Positions 13,651 through 28,789 of a stretch of DNA of 64,000 nucleotides are shown piece by piece. Numbering within the stretch: the first letter of the stretch is position 1; every line of letters begins with the position of its first letter. A program made the position numbers and the translations under genes. The stretch lies in assembly GCF_009914755.1 (NCBI RefSeq), contig NC_060940.1; one strand, given 5' to 3'. This stretch comes from the human T2T-CHM13v2.0 reference genome, Homo sapiens. Below the pieces are notes generated by a model that ran no database searches, was not told the DNA's origin, and saw only the letters and a program-made list of their open reading frames with translations.

Positions 13651-14669
13651 TGCACATCTATCATCACACCATTGCAATTAGTAGCTTTCATTTAGTGAGT
13701 AGTTACTATGTTTGCAGTCTTTACTAAGCAAAAATCTTTTTAAAAATCCTTTTTATCCTTTACAAAAAAAGATAAACTAGAGAATGTCAAGATTTGGAGG
13801 GACTGTAAGAGCATCTAGTCCAGCGGTTCTTACACAAGACCTATGGACCCCTGAATAATCTCTGCACATTTCAGGGCCTTTTAGCCTCTGGCTTTTTATG
13901 CAAGACCACGAGCACTGGATTTTTTCCTGTTTAGAGGGCCCATAACCCTTATCAGATCCTCAATGGTTTGTGTTCCTAGAACCTCTTCTTCTATACCACA
14001 CAGAATCTTTCCCACTGTCATAAGAAGGTCACATTCCAGTTCCTGCTCCTTCACTGAGGGACCCTGGGGTATTTACTTGCTGCTTCTTAAAATCAAGCAC
14101 AGGGCTGTATGGAATTGAGTTTATGATTCCCACAAAGATTTTACAAAAGGAAGGGACTTCAAGTCAATTTCTCCTTTGTGGTGGCCGCTTTGGTCTTTGC
14201 TTCTGATAGTTGCTTCCACCCCAACTTTTCTGAACCTCAGTTTCCTCCACCAAAAAAAGAGATTTAAGATGATAGCCCTGCCTGATTTACAGAGGGTCAT
14301 GGGGATGAGCTGAGGGCAGGACTGTGAAATGCCCTGGGGCTTTAGCCTGGTGTCCTGGCCCCATCTCTGCCTTCTGTCTACCTTGCAAGGTGCTTGCTGC
14401 TTCTGGGCTGGTCCGTGAGTCTGAGATGTCGGCTTGTTTTCCATGTTCTCCAGCAGCATTGCTGACATCCTGACTGGCTTATGTATACCAGAGCCTGTTC
14501 ATCAAGCTGGCATATGTAGTTCTTAACAAACACATTAAGGAAACATTCGGAATGTCACTTGCAGAGCAAATGAACAGAAATAGACGGGCCATCTGATACA
14601 GAGAGGTATTTTCTTAGCTGGCAGATTTTATTTCCCCTCACACGAGGTTGAGGCCTCTAGAATGAGTTT

Positions 14670-15005
14670 GTTCATTAATGCATTTACTCAGTTACGCATT
14701 TGAATGAATACTGAGGAGCTACTCTGCTCAGCACTGTGATAGGTGCTGGGAGGACAGCAGGGTGTGAATGACAAACAGTGGCATATTCTTATCCTCAAGG
14801 TGTTCACCTTCCAGTGATGGGGAGAGACATTCAAAGCAAGATTGCAGTCCACTCTGGTGGGTGATGAGGCACAGTTCAGAAAAGTGTGGCCGGAAGACAG
14901 AAGAGGAAACTGACTGTATTCTAGGGGGACAGCTGGGCAGGCTTCAGAGAGGAGGAGACATTTGATCTAGGTTTTGAAGGTTGAGGGAGAGCTTGTCAGG
15001 CAGAA
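14670..15005 (-). mobile_element. L2 LINE 3' fragment
   Basis: gagctactctgctcagcactgtgataggtgctggg...gacatttgatctaggttttgaagg. Confidence 0.7.
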
Positions 15006-15014
15006 CAGGCGGTG

Positions 15015-16089
<1,075 letters not shown>

Positions 16090-16699
16090 GTGGGAGAGTC
16101 TGTCTGGGAAAGAGGAGGCGTGCACATGAGCTGTAGTGCTGTAAAGGTGCAATGGAGTCAGAGGCTTGCAGGGCTGGGTACCTGTGGTGCCGCAGGGGAA
16201 TGGACCAAGGTAGAGTTGGGAGGTGGCTGGGTGCTGGTGGCCCAGGACTGTAATATGCCTCCTGGAGTGGTTCCTGCATTCTCTGGGCCCATGGTATTTT
16301 TTTTTTTTTCCCAAGCAGGCAAGTGATATGCTTAAATGTGTTTTAAGGGAAAGTGTGGTGTGGAGTGGGAGGGTGGGGGGTTTGGGGGTGGAAATATTGG
16401 ATGTAGAAGCAAAAAAGAATGAAGAAATCCAACATGTCCCTAAAGCAGTGGCTGTCAACCCTGCATGATAGAGTCACCAGGAGACCATTTAAGAAGACCT
16501 GTTTGTGACCTCCCTTCATGCCTGTTGAATCACAAGGGTTCTGGCGGTGGTATTAAGTTCAAGTGATTGGGATAAGCAGTCAAGGTTGAGAACCACTGCT
16601 CTAGGGCTTCTTGGATACACTCACGGGGCTGTGTTGAATACAGATTACTGGGCACCTGGACTAGAGAGGCTGAATGAATGGGCCTCTGATTTTTAAAAA

Positions 16700-18180
16700 T
16701 AAACTTTAAATTTTAGAACAGTTTTAGATTTACAGAAAAATTGCAAAGATAGTGCAGTTTCCATAGGCCTCACCTTCGGTTTCCCCAGTTACTAACTTAT
16801 GTTGTTACTGTACCCTGGTACATTTGTCACAATGAACAAACCAATATCAATGATTATTAACTAAAGTTCATGCTTTATTCAGATTGCCTTAGTTTTTACC
16901 TAGCGTCCTTTTGCTGTACCGGGATCCTGTCCAGGACACTGCATCACAGGTAGTTGTCACATCTCCTTGGCTGTGACTGTTTCTCAGACTTGCCTTGATC
17001 TTGATGACCTTCCCCATTTTGAGGAGTTTTGAGGAGTTATTTTGAAGAATGTCTCACAATGGAAATGTGTCTGATGTTTTTCTCATGATTAGGCTGGTGT
17101 TATGGACTTTTGTTAGGAAAACCACAGAAGTAAATGCCATTCTCATCACGTGATATCAAGGGCACATACTGTCAACATGATATATCACTGTTGATGTTGA
17201 CTTTGATCACCTGGCTGAGGTAGTGTTCGTTGTTTCTTCACTGCACAGTTATTCTTTTGTACTTCTTTTCTCTACTATTTGAAAGAAATTCACTATCTGT
17301 AGCCCACACTGAAAGAATAGGAGTTATGCTCTACTTCCTGAAGGGTGGAGTAGATATGTAAATTATTTGGAATTCTTCTGTATCAAAAGTTTGTCTATTC
17401 TCCCCTATTTATTTATTTGTTTAATCATTTATTTATATTGATATGGACACATGGCTATTATGTTATTTTATTTTTAATTAATTTTTAACTTTTTATTTAT
17501 TTTTAACTTTTGGGTAATATCAATACTATTTGGTTGCTGAAAATGTTTTGGCTTTGGCCATTGGGAGCACTTTCAGTTCACTCTGTATCTCCTTAACGTA
17601 ACCCTGTTACTGTGGGATTGTTGTATTAGTCTGTTCTCATGCTGCTAATAAAGACATACCTGAGACTGGGTAATTTATAAAAGAAAGACGTTTAGTTGAC
17701 TCACAGTTCAGCTTGGCTGGGGAGGCCTCAGGAAACTTACAATCATGGTGGAAGGGGAAGCAAACACATCCTTCTTCACGTGGCAGCAGCAAGGAGAAGT
17801 GCCAAGCAAAAGGGGGAAAAGCCTGTTATAAAAACCATCAGATCTCATGAGAACTCACTCACTGTCATGAGAACAGCATGAGGGTAACTGCCCCCATGAT
17901 TCAATTAACTCCTACCCGGTCCCTACTATGACACGTAGGGATTATGGGAACTACAATTCAAGATGAAATGTGGGTAGGGGCACAGCCAAACCATGTCACT
18001 CATTTTATTTATTTTTTCTCAGTACTTCCTTACTTTCTGGAACTACAATGAGCTCAGGCTCATTTTGTATACTTCCTGCTCCCATTCTAGAATCCTTGTA
18101 TTGGAAATCATCCTGGTATTAGAAATCATCATCTGGGTGCTAGGTGTGCTCATTGCTACTGGAGTATTGTTGCTTTTAAT
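16700..18180 (-). mobile_element. L1MB/MC-like 3' UTR fragment, interrupted by THE1
   Basis: ttttagaacagttttagatttacagaaaaattgcaaagatag...aactaaagttcatgctttattcagatt. Confidence 0.8.
17622..17998 (-). mobile_element. THE1C-like MaLR solo LTR
   Basis: tgtattagtctgttctcatgctgctaataaagacatacc...gagaacagcatgagggtaactgcccccatgattcaatta...cacagccaaaccatgtca. Confidence 0.9.
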
Positions 18181-18204
18181 AGGTCTACATTTTGTAAGAT
18201 TTAA

Positions 18205-18660
18205 TGTTTAATCAACTTTGTGGAGGTATACTTCACATACAGTAAAACACACCTATTTTAAGTGTACCTTTTCATGAGTTTTGACAAATTTATAAAGCCA
18301 CGTTGCCACCATTACAGTCAAGTTGGAACACGTTCCCACATTCTTGTGCCACTTCCCATTCGCTCTCCACACCACTCTCCCTGCCCAGGCAAATACTGAT
18401 GTGTTTTCTGTCACTTTAGATTAAAGTTGTCTTTTCTAGAGTTTCACGTGACCGGAAACATACGGTATGTACTTTTATGTCTGGCTTCTTTGACTCACCA
18501 AAATGTTTTTGAGATTCACACATATTGTGTGTATCAGTTTGTCACTTTTTTTATTGCTGAATGATACTCTTTTGTATGGATATACCAAACTTTGTTTATC
18601 CATTCACCTGTTGATGGACATTTAGGTATTTTCTATTCTTTAACTATTAAGAATAAACAG
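18205..18660 (-). mobile_element. Old L1M 3' end
   Basis: caactttgtggaggtatacttcacatacagtaaa...tttatccattcacctgttgatggacatttagg. Confidence 0.8.
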
Positions 18661-19339
18661 ACTTCATTTCAACCAGCATTCCCAGTGACTCTGATGTTAA
18701 GGGTCTAAGGAACTCCTATTGAGAACAGTTTTAATGTTATTTTGGAGGAGAATCCCTTCTGATACATCTCATTTTATCACACCTGTTTTGCTAGCTTAGG
18801 TTCTTCCTTAAACCTGGATTACATACTGAGAAGATATAGCTTTCGTCTTCTGTTAACCCATCTGTGATTTAGGTGGTTTCATCTGACCTCTTGCTGGGTC
18901 TGAGACTCTGCAGTCTGAGATGTCAGACTGCAGAAACTTTGACAGAGACTGCGGTCAGCCTTTGAAACTTCATATTTCTTCCAAGTTCCTTGAGTGTGCT
19001 CTCTGTGCTTGAGACTATGTCTTTAGATTCTCCAACTAGCTTGAGAATTTCCTTTGTACTTTTCTTTCTTTCTTTCCCCCTCCTGTGAAAGAAATCCTGT
19101 CAAACTAAAGTTACATTTTCTTTTTCAGAGACAGTGGGCACAGGCATATACTCCCCTTTTGTGGCACATGTTTTATTACTGAACTCAGAGGGAAAATAAA
19201 CCACTTTACGTTTTAACATTAGAGAACAGAAAAGTTATAAGAGCAACAAAAGATGCCTGAATTCTTGTCTTGTTCATCGTCCATCCCATTTTCTCATTTT
19301 CTTCCTGTTTCTTTCCATGGTCCTTCACCACTTCTATAC

Positions 19340-19735
19340 ATTAACACCATATAAGCCATGGTAAAACATAACCTCTAAATATCAAAGTTTATTTCTCACT
19401 CATGTCAAGCTCCAATGAAAGTTTTCCTGGTTGAGCAACTTTCTTCCAAGTGGTGATTCAAGGGCTCCGGCTCCTTCTGTCTTGTGGTTCTGCTATCTTC
19501 CCTACCTTGGTGATTCCCAAGTTGCCGTGGGGGCACTCTTTGTTCAAGACTGCCAGAAAGGGGGAAAAGCATGGAGCAGCCATGCAGGAAGTTTCTATGG
19601 GCCAGGCCTGGAAGCAGCTCATGTCACTTCTGGCCATACTCCATGAGCCCGAACTCAGTCCTGTGCCCAACCCTCACTGCTCTGTGCCTAATGGAAGGCT
19701 CTCTGCCCAAGAGGAAAAGGAAACACTGCCCACAA
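19340..19735 (-). mobile_element. Old MLT1 solo LTR fragment
   Basis: aagtttatttctcactcatg...gtggtgattcaagggctcc...ccaggcctggaag...tcacttctggcca. Confidence 0.65.
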
Positions 19736-20036
19736 TTATGGTGATGATTCTATTTGATTCTTACCCTTGGGGCTCTCACTAAGCACCTGTGCAACACACG
19801 GTTGGGCGGCTGAGCATTTTCTTGAGTATTTTGTCAGATCTTGGGATCAACCCTTGCCTCCAGTTCCTTTAGGGAAATATCACAAAAAAAGAGTCATTGA
19901 AATGTTAGCTTTGTAGGATAACAGTCTTGTCTTCTTTAGTCTCTATTGAATCCCTAATATATAGCACAGTTCATGGCATTACATGGGTGCTCAATAAACA
20001 TTTGTTAAACGGATTTTTAGAAAATAAACATGAGTT

Positions 20037-20341
20037 GGCCGGGCGCTGTGGCTCACGCCTGTAATCCCAGCACTTTGGGAGGCCGAGGCGGGCGGATCAT
20101 AAGGTCAGGAGATCAAGACCGTCCTGGCTAACACGGTGAAACCCCGTCTCTACTAAAAATACAAAAAATTAGCCGGGCGAGGTGGCGGGCGCCTGTAGTC
20201 CCAGCTACTCGGGAGGCTGAGGCAGGAGAATGGTGTGAACCCCGGGGGGCGGAGTGTGCAGTGAGCCGAGATCGCGCCACTGCACTCCAGCCTGGGCGAC
20301 AGCGAGACTCCATCTCAAAAAAAAAAAAAAAAAAAAAAAAA
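20037..20341 (+). mobile_element. AluY, Ye5-type
   Basis: Diagnostic-looking gggcgAggtggc, gaacccCgggGggcgg and gggcgacagcgagac (2-nt deletion); many intact CpGs; pure A tail; perfect 18-bp TSD agaaaataaacatgagtt at 20019-20036 and 20342-20359. Confidence 0.93.
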
Positions 20342-20589
20342 AGAAAATAAACATGAGTTAAAGTTTTGTCTTGACTTGCTCCCCCTGGATCATGTGTAGA
20401 CTACCAGCAGGTGGCAGAGTGGTTTGAAATGTGCATGCTGGAGCAGGGTGGAGGAACTGGCTGGTGTCCCAGCTCCAGCTGGGCTGTGAGTGCCAGGTCT
20501 GGGGTCATAGACTCAAGAGGCAGTATGAGTGTGACAGAGTAGCATCCCTGGACATTGACCACATACAGGATCTCCCAACTCTAAAGTTG

Positions 20590-20752
20590 GAAGGATTGCT
20601 ATGCTTATTCTGCAGATGAGGACACTGATTCATGGAGCTGTTAAATAACTTGCCAAAGGTCACCAAAGTGAGTAGCTAGAAAAGGGCAGAGTCAGGATTT
20701 GAACCTGGGTAGTGTGACTTGGAAGCTTATGGCTCTTAACCATCATGCTACA
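20590..20752 (-). mobile_element. MIR SINE
   Basis: gcagatgaggacactga...ttaaataacttgccaaaggtcac...ggatttgaacctggg...gctcttaaccatcatgct. Confidence 0.8.
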
Positions 20753-21205
20753 ATGCCAAGAAGGCAGATAGGGAAATTACCCACCCTGGGGAAAAAACCT
20801 GTCCATGTGCAGGTCAAGGTGGCTTTCTTGGGCATCAAGAGACCAGGCAGGGAGCCTGGGAACACAAGGCTGAGGGCATAGCCACAGAGCGGGCCAGTCC
20901 TTCCGATGAGGCACCTGGTGGAGGGTCTGAGGGTAGAGGAGAGGCCTCCAGCTGGCTTGGCATCAGGCACTACAAGGAGGGCAGCGGTACCAGGCAGGGA
21001 CAGATTCATGGATGTGTGTTGGAGGGACAGCCACAAATGGCTGGAGTTGGGAACATACCAGAAATGCTGAGAAGGAGATTTCAGCCCTGTGAAAGGGTTG
21101 GCTCATAGTTTCCAAACCACACCGGCAAAACTCTGGGTTTTCACAAAGACACTTGGGTGGCCTCTTGGGTTGATGGGGAGAGAGAGTGGGGAGGGTCCTG
21201 AGCCC

Positions 21206-21299
21206 TTCTCTCCAATACCAGCCAGTATGGTGCTTTCTCTCCAACATCAGCCAGTATGGTGCTTTCTCTCCAACATCAGCCAGTATGGTGCTTTCTCTC
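21206..21299 (+). repeat. 29-bp tandem repeat, ~3.2 copies
   Basis: Unit ttctctccaacatcagccagtatggtgct; copies 2 and 3 identical, copy 1 has two substitutions. Confidence 0.97.
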
Positions 21300-23059
21300 T
21301 TTTATATATTGGGATTCTGCATAAGTGTTTATTTTAAAAAACAAGTCTCTCCTTTGAAAACCATTCAGCTAAATGGCTTCCAGAGTCCTTCTTTTGATGT
21401 CTGAAGTGGAAATGGTATTGGAAGCTCTCCTGACATAAAGACAGTGCACTCCATGAGCCGACTTGAGTCCACTTAGGGTGACTTAGGATGAAGCATGGTT
21501 TTGCACCTGCTCTCTCCACCCTTACCTGCCCTGTCCCATGCTCCTCCTCCTCCATCACGTGGAAGGGAAATGGCCATGACTGGCCCAGACAGAGGGCAGT
21601 TTGTGCAGCATCTCAGAAACTCTCTGGTTTGAACCATGCAGCCTTGTTTCCATCCCAGCCTGGGCCCCACACTGGCCCTGCAGGAAAGTTTGCCTGGCTC
21701 ATTATCTGAAAGAAATGGCCTGAGCAGTAGCCTGCCAAGAATGGGGGGAGAAAGGAGAAATAGTAACATTGATTTATTTGGGATGGAAAGATCCACAGAC
21801 TGGGGAAAAAGGTAGAGAGCAATCATAAAACTGGCTCAGTTCTGCAACCTGCTGTGAGCAGAGACTGTCACAGTGCATAATAGCAAAGGCAGATGAAATG
21901 GACACAGGGAGTGCAACCCCTTCCTCCCTATCACAGAACAATAAAGCTAGAAGTCAAGGATGAAATAGGTGGGCTGACCAATAGTACATTGGCCAATTGA
22001 AGGCCTGGCATCTACCTTCGAAAGGCTGCCTGTGTTGGGATTGATGTGCTCACTGTGACTGCAGTGCTCTGCAGGAACTGTTTGATAACAAACAGGGTGG
22101 CAGACAGGCTTGTCCCTTCATATTAACCCCATCGCTCAGCTGTCATCTCAGTCAATGCCCCAAACTGCCCAATGCCCACCTCACCTTCTTCTCCTGAGGG
22201 GCCACCTGGGCTGGAAGGGGTGGAGCTCACCAGCTGGGACTCCTGGGTGGCATCTGTCTCCAGGACCAGGTCATCTTAGGACAGCTCTGGGACCCCACAG
22301 ACCCAGTGGGTATGACGTGAGAAGTCACATGAAGGAGATCCCTCACAACCAAGTCCATTTGGGGACTCACAGACCCCATAGCCCATTTTTTCAAGTACCA
22401 GTCCTGCAAGTTGCGGCAAATCGGAGCAGGGAGAGGCACTTTGCTTTTCCTTTAAGGGTTGGAGAGATTTTTAGCATACAAATTGAAGCATCTCCCCAAG
22501 CAGTGCTTTCTCTAAGGCTGAAGGACAAGCAGGGATGGCATGAGTTTTGCTTCCCCAACTGTTCCCAGGCACAGCAGGCCTGCAGGTGGCAGAGAAACAG
22601 CACTCACATAGAATAGTCTAAAATATTTTCCACCAAAAACCTCATGCCTGATGATTTGTGTTTGAGCCACATTCAGTGACCTGGACAGAGTTGATACCCA
22701 GACCTGGGTTGCATTTGTCCTATGGGAAATGAGGCCTGAGTACAACATAACTGAAAAATCCAGGAGTTGGAAGGTGTGGGGAGTATACGGTCATGTGACC
22801 TGGTCTTGGTTCTGGATGATCACTTTGTGCTGGGACCCAGTTGTTTCCTCTAATCTTGGGAACCTGGAGAGTCCTGATCATTTTCCACACTGATTGGGGT
22901 TCAGGGAAACACTTGAAGCCTAGGGGTTGGTTAAGACCCACTAGAATGTCTGGATTCCTAGCCCAGCTCTGACCTTCTAGAAGTATGCCCGTGGGCACAT
23001 CCCTTAACTCTTTCAGACCTTGGTTTCCCTATTTGTCAAGAGTGAATGATGCTGATATG

Positions 23060-23528
23060 ACATGGGATGTTTTCCATTTATTCCTCCAGATTCATTCTCT
23101 ATCCTTGTCCATCCATCTTTGTGTATAGGAGGCTGACTTATAGGCTGTAGCAATGGGCTTCCTTATCCTGTGGTGTCCAAATGGGTTTGTCAATGGAAGT
23201 TGTCAGAAGAAAACTGAAGAAAGGGAAGAGAGTTAGGTCGAGGTATTTGTTTCCCATTTCCTTTCTTCCGGGTCACTGTGAGTTGGTTGCATCCCTTTTC
23301 TTTGGATGGTTCTCCATTCAGGTGCCGGTCCCCATCCGTCTACTTGCAAGCTCTTTCAAACCCAAAGGAGTGATGACTTCCTGCTGTCACTAGCTGTGGA
23401 GTACTGCACCAGCACCTGTTAGTTCCTGGGGCACTGCGTATACCTTTGTAAACTCCCTTTATTAAGCTTTCATCACTGGCCTCATTTGAATGGGCCATCT
23501 TTGTTCTGCCAGGACCCTGACTTGTATA
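23060..23528 (+). mobile_element. LTR33-like ERVL solo LTR, inserted within a MIR
   Basis: ggaggctgac...caatgggcttcctt...acctttgtaaactccctttattaa...gccatct...gccaggaccctgact; MIR-like sequence on both flanks. Confidence 0.7.
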
Positions 23529-23999
23529 TTACAGAAACCTCTTTCATTCATACCTATGTCACAGAGTGGCTGTGATGATTACATGAGTTCATGCACACAG
23601 AAAGCTTAAGACAGGGCTTAACACATAGGATGGGTTTGTTAAATGTTAGCTACCTCTGACTCTTAATTCTTGTGTCATTATACTGCCCCAGACGAGGACA
23701 CACTTTGGATGATTTAGGGACTTGACGTTATGGCCATTTGGTTGTTCTGTCTCGTTTCTGATAGTTCCCTGTTCTTTCCTCCGTGAAATGTGGGTTGATG
23801 GAGGTGTCAGCATGTGGCCTTCTGCGCCCACCCACCTCCTTCTCACACCATCCTTAACTCCAGCTTTTTCCTATGGCCGTTTTGAGCCCTGTGCCATGGC
23901 CTTGTCTACTCCTGAGGCCCAACACAAAGAGATATGGAGCATAACCTGTATTTGCTGGTGACACACAAGTCTAAAGATGTCACCACAATCTACTTATAG

Positions 24000-24352
24000 C
24001 ACCCAAAGAGATTTCTCATGCCTACTTGCAATCACTTCGTATCTGTCCCAACTCCCTAGCCCTGGCAATTGCTGGTTAACTGTCTGTATCTATAGATTTT
24101 CCTCTTCTGTGCATTATTTATAAATGGAATCATAACATATGTGGTCTTTTTGTGACTGGCTTTTTTCACTCAGCATAATTTTTTCAAGGTTTATTCATGT
24201 TGTGCCATGTATCAACACTTGGTTTCTTTTTATGGTGGAATACTATTCCATTGTGTGGATAGACCACAGTTTATCTCTCTGTCTTCTGTTGACGGACATT
24301 TGGATTGTTTCCATTATTTAGGTATTATGAACAAAGCTGCTCTGAGCATTTG
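24000..24352 (-). mobile_element. Old L1M 3' fragment
   Basis: taaatggaatcataacatatgtggtcttttgtgactggcttttttcactcagcataat. Confidence 0.8.
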
Positions 24353-25849
24353 AATATATCACATAGGTTGTTTATTTGTGTGATTCATTTAATTAGAATT
24401 TAAGCTTGATGAAAGTAGTTTATTATATGTCATATATTGTATTATATATATGTTTGCCATATATGATTGATAAGTGTTTTTTAAATGAAAGAAGACATAA
24501 ATAGTGGCAATGGAAAGAAATCAAGGTGGTTAGAAATCCTCTAACTGGTTTAGCTGGGAAATCCAGGCTGGTAGAAAAGACATCTTAAGGGGGTCCTGGC
24601 AGGTCTGCATTGGCATCACCTGAGGCACAGGGCCAGGGAATCTGCATTTTAGCAAGCTTCCCAGGGAATTCTGAGCACCCTGGAGCTGGGGAAGCCAGGA
24701 ATATTTTGCCAGTTGGAGAAGCCTGCCTGTGAGTGGTAGAATGAGGTAAAGTTGTGGATTTGTCCCTGCCCAAACATTTCACTTTTACAACTTTGTTTAT
24801 GAGAGCGATGGAGTTGTGTTCCTTTCCTAGTGATGGTCCCATGTGGGACATCTCTGTCTAGGTCAGGTTAAGGCTGAATCATTTTCCAAAAGTAACTTCA
24901 GTTTTCTTCTTTTGTCCTTGGTGCTGACTCTCTCACAACTCATCTGAGGGGTACAGGTTTTCCTTTGCTAGGGGGGATGCTGGATGATTGAAGAGGCAAA
25001 TAAAGCAGCTTGCAGTCAACTCAGCAAGAAGGAGGTCCAGAGCCACAGACAGGACCACAAAGAGTCACAGCGCCTTGAGTAGGGTAAGCAGCAGGTTAAG
25101 TGTGCAAGGGTTAGGAGTCTGGATTAGGAGGAAGCAGCTAACAGGTACCCCTGTAGAGGCATTGAAAAGCAGCATTTCTATATTCCATCATCCAGGCAGG
25201 CTCATAATTCTGCCTTTCTTATACTGAACCAGATATACTGTTAGCTTGCTTTGCAGCTGTGCAGAGATATACATGACTGCCTTTGCTGGAAGAAGTTGCT
25301 GCTGGTTTTTTAAGGGAAGGTTTGCTCTTTACTTTGATCTGACTTCTAAAGAATAAAGCATATTCTTTTTTATAGCAAAGGAGACTTCTAGGAAGTTTGA
25401 GTACCGTATTTAAATTTAAAGTCTCCCCTCAGCATGTGAAGGCAATATTAGTGTCAGTTAGGTGTAACAGATGAATGGTTAACGTAACAAAAGATGGAAA
25501 ACCTGAAAAAGATTCATATCCAAATGAAAATGCATGTTTGAGCTAAATTACTGCTTTTTGTTGCTACTTACTTTTTATTTGATAATGAGCATTAGCTACA
25601 TATGAACACTGATAGTCTCTTTAGGATAAATAAGATGCATTTCCACCTGATAATGGGTGTAAATTCAGCAACGTGCTTAGCCCATTTCTCTCCTTCAGGA
25701 TCCTGAAACAGAATGAGGGAGATAGCATGTTCTTACATATTCAATAGACAAAGTTAAATGGTCTGCCTTTCTCCCCTTATTTTACACATTTTATCCCACA
25801 TTAGCACCTATATTATAAGAATTTGCTAAATTAAAATGTATATATCATT

Positions 25850-26090
25850 TATTGGGTACTCTACTCTGTATCAGGTACTATATAGCTCTTTATATAGAAT
25901 ATTTTATGTGATCCTCATCACAGTCCTATGAGATAGGTACTATCTTTATTCTTATTTTACAGAGGGAGAGGAAACTGAGGCTCAAAATGGTCAGGCGACT
26001 TATCCAAGGTTATTCAGTTAGCCTGTGGAAGAATTTTGATTCATGCTACCCTGTGCCTGAAACCAAAGCCAAAATTCTTAACTACTGATT
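25850..26090 (-). mobile_element. MIR SINE
   Basis: atcctcatcacagtcctatgagataggtact...attttacag...gaggaaactgaggctca. Confidence 0.8.
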
Positions 26091-26512
26091 TGATTCCAGA
26101 AGTACTAGAACTGTGGTCTGCAGAACCCATGGGGGGTGGGGGTGGGGAGTTCCTGAGACCCTTTCAGAGTGGGCCTATTAAGTCAAAACTTTTTTCATGA
26201 TAATATAAATTCATTATTTGTCTCTTCATCTGTGTGGATACTTGTATTGGTGGTGTAAAAGCAAAACTGATTAAATGGCTGTCACTTTTGCACAAATCAA
26301 AGCAATGGTACCCAACTGCATTGCAAATCACTGACTCTTTTCCTACAGTGTACTCACAAAAAACTGCCTGATGTTAAAATATTTAGTGTTATATAATGGA
26401 ACGTCTCAACATTTGGAACAGCTGCATAACTCATTGAGCCAATAGCTTTTTAATGACCAATGCATGGTGTAACAAAATCATGCGTGGGTAAAGAGCCACT
26501 TAAAGTTTATGA

Positions 26513-26991
<479 letters not shown>

Positions 26992-27179
26992 TAATATTTT
27001 TTAAGATTGCAAAAGAGTGTGGAGGCCAAAATGTTTGTGGAGCACTGCAATGGGCAGCTGGGAACCACCGGAGGCTCTTGAGCAGAGAGAGGTGTATTGG
27101 TCACATTTCTTAGAGTAACTCAATTCTGTGTCCTTTTCATCATGGGAAGTTTCTCTAAAAACTCCACCACTGACATACT

Positions 27180-27457
27180 TTTGTTTTTGAGACAGGAGCT
27201 TACTCCGTTGCCCAGGCTGAGTGCAGTGGCGCTACCATGGCTCACCGCATACTCAGCCTCCTGAGCTCAAGCAATCCTTTCGCCTCAGCCTCCTGAATAA
27301 CTGGGATTACCACCACACACTGGCTCATTTTTTATTTTTTGTAGAGACAGGGTCTCACTATGTTGCCCAGGCTGGTCTTGGACTCCCAGATACAAGCGAT
27401 CTTCCCATCTCGGCTTCCTAAAGTGCTGGGATTACAGGCATAAGTCACTGGGCCCAC
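27180..27457 (-). mobile_element. AluJ-type
   Basis: Diverged reverse Alu with gagacagggtctcactatgttgcccaggc. Confidence 0.9.
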
Positions 27458-28001
27458 CTATATACATATTGGCATATGAGAATGATACCAGAATGAATCC
27501 AGAAGACTCTCCCAGACTTAAGCTCTGGAATTTGAGAGTTGCCCTATGTCTGGTGCTTGAATTGCCCTATGGCTGGTGCTTTTACAGCTTTGTTTATGAG
27601 AGCATTCTGTGCATAGCAGTACTCTTCCCCAAAGCATCAGGCTCTGAATATCTAGTTCCTAACCAGGCTGACTCCAATCAGATAAAGCCATCACTCCTGC
27701 ATGGGCCTCATTCTCTGAGGATGTGCAGTTCACATCTATGTAGCAGATAAAAAATTAGACTTACATGTACAGGATCAGACTGGGGAGAGGTTAATCACAG
27801 TCAGGCCAACCTCATGGAAGAGAGAGGGCATGGAGGCCAGATACTCTTGTGAGATGGGAAGAGAAAATTTCCTCACTGAACTCCTAGATAGAATAAGAAA
27901 AATTCCAGGGACTGGACTTGCCAAGATGGACACATTATCTAAGGCTAGTTTTTATTACCAAATGCTTATAAGTGCTTATTCTCTGTTGTATACTGTGTTA
28001 A

Positions 28002-28399
<398 letters not shown>

Positions 28400-28789
28400 T
28401 GAGAAAACTGGGGCCCAGAGAGGTACAGGCCTGAGCCAGGCTTTGAATTTAGTGTTGGTTTCTTCAAAGCTTCCAGTTCTTAACTCCTCTGTTGCATTTT
28501 CCTCTTTAAGTGTATTGGCTGGATGGCAGCTGGAAAACATGTGAAAAACATAATGAAAGAGAGTAGGGAAAAGGCATAAAGGCAGAACTGGGAGTACTAT
28601 GGAAGGGACTGAATATGGATTAGGAGGGAAGGGAGCGATCAAGTTTGCTGTTGCTTCTGGTGTATGTGGGTTGTTGAGTGCTTTATGCTGGATAGGCAGA
28701 TAATAACCTGAGGCCAGTCCTGTTACTTGGCTGCTCTTCAAGATGGAAGACCATTCTATGAAAACCAGAAGAAATCAACACACTAATTA

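Noticed and set aside
21206-21299. 29-bp repeats resembling a CRISPR array
   Set aside because: Copies are directly adjacent with no spacers, there are no cas genes, and the context is eukaryotic
22110-22616. 168-aa ORF
   Set aside because: TTG start, no recognisable domain or flanking splice structure; length compatible with chance in GC-richer DNA
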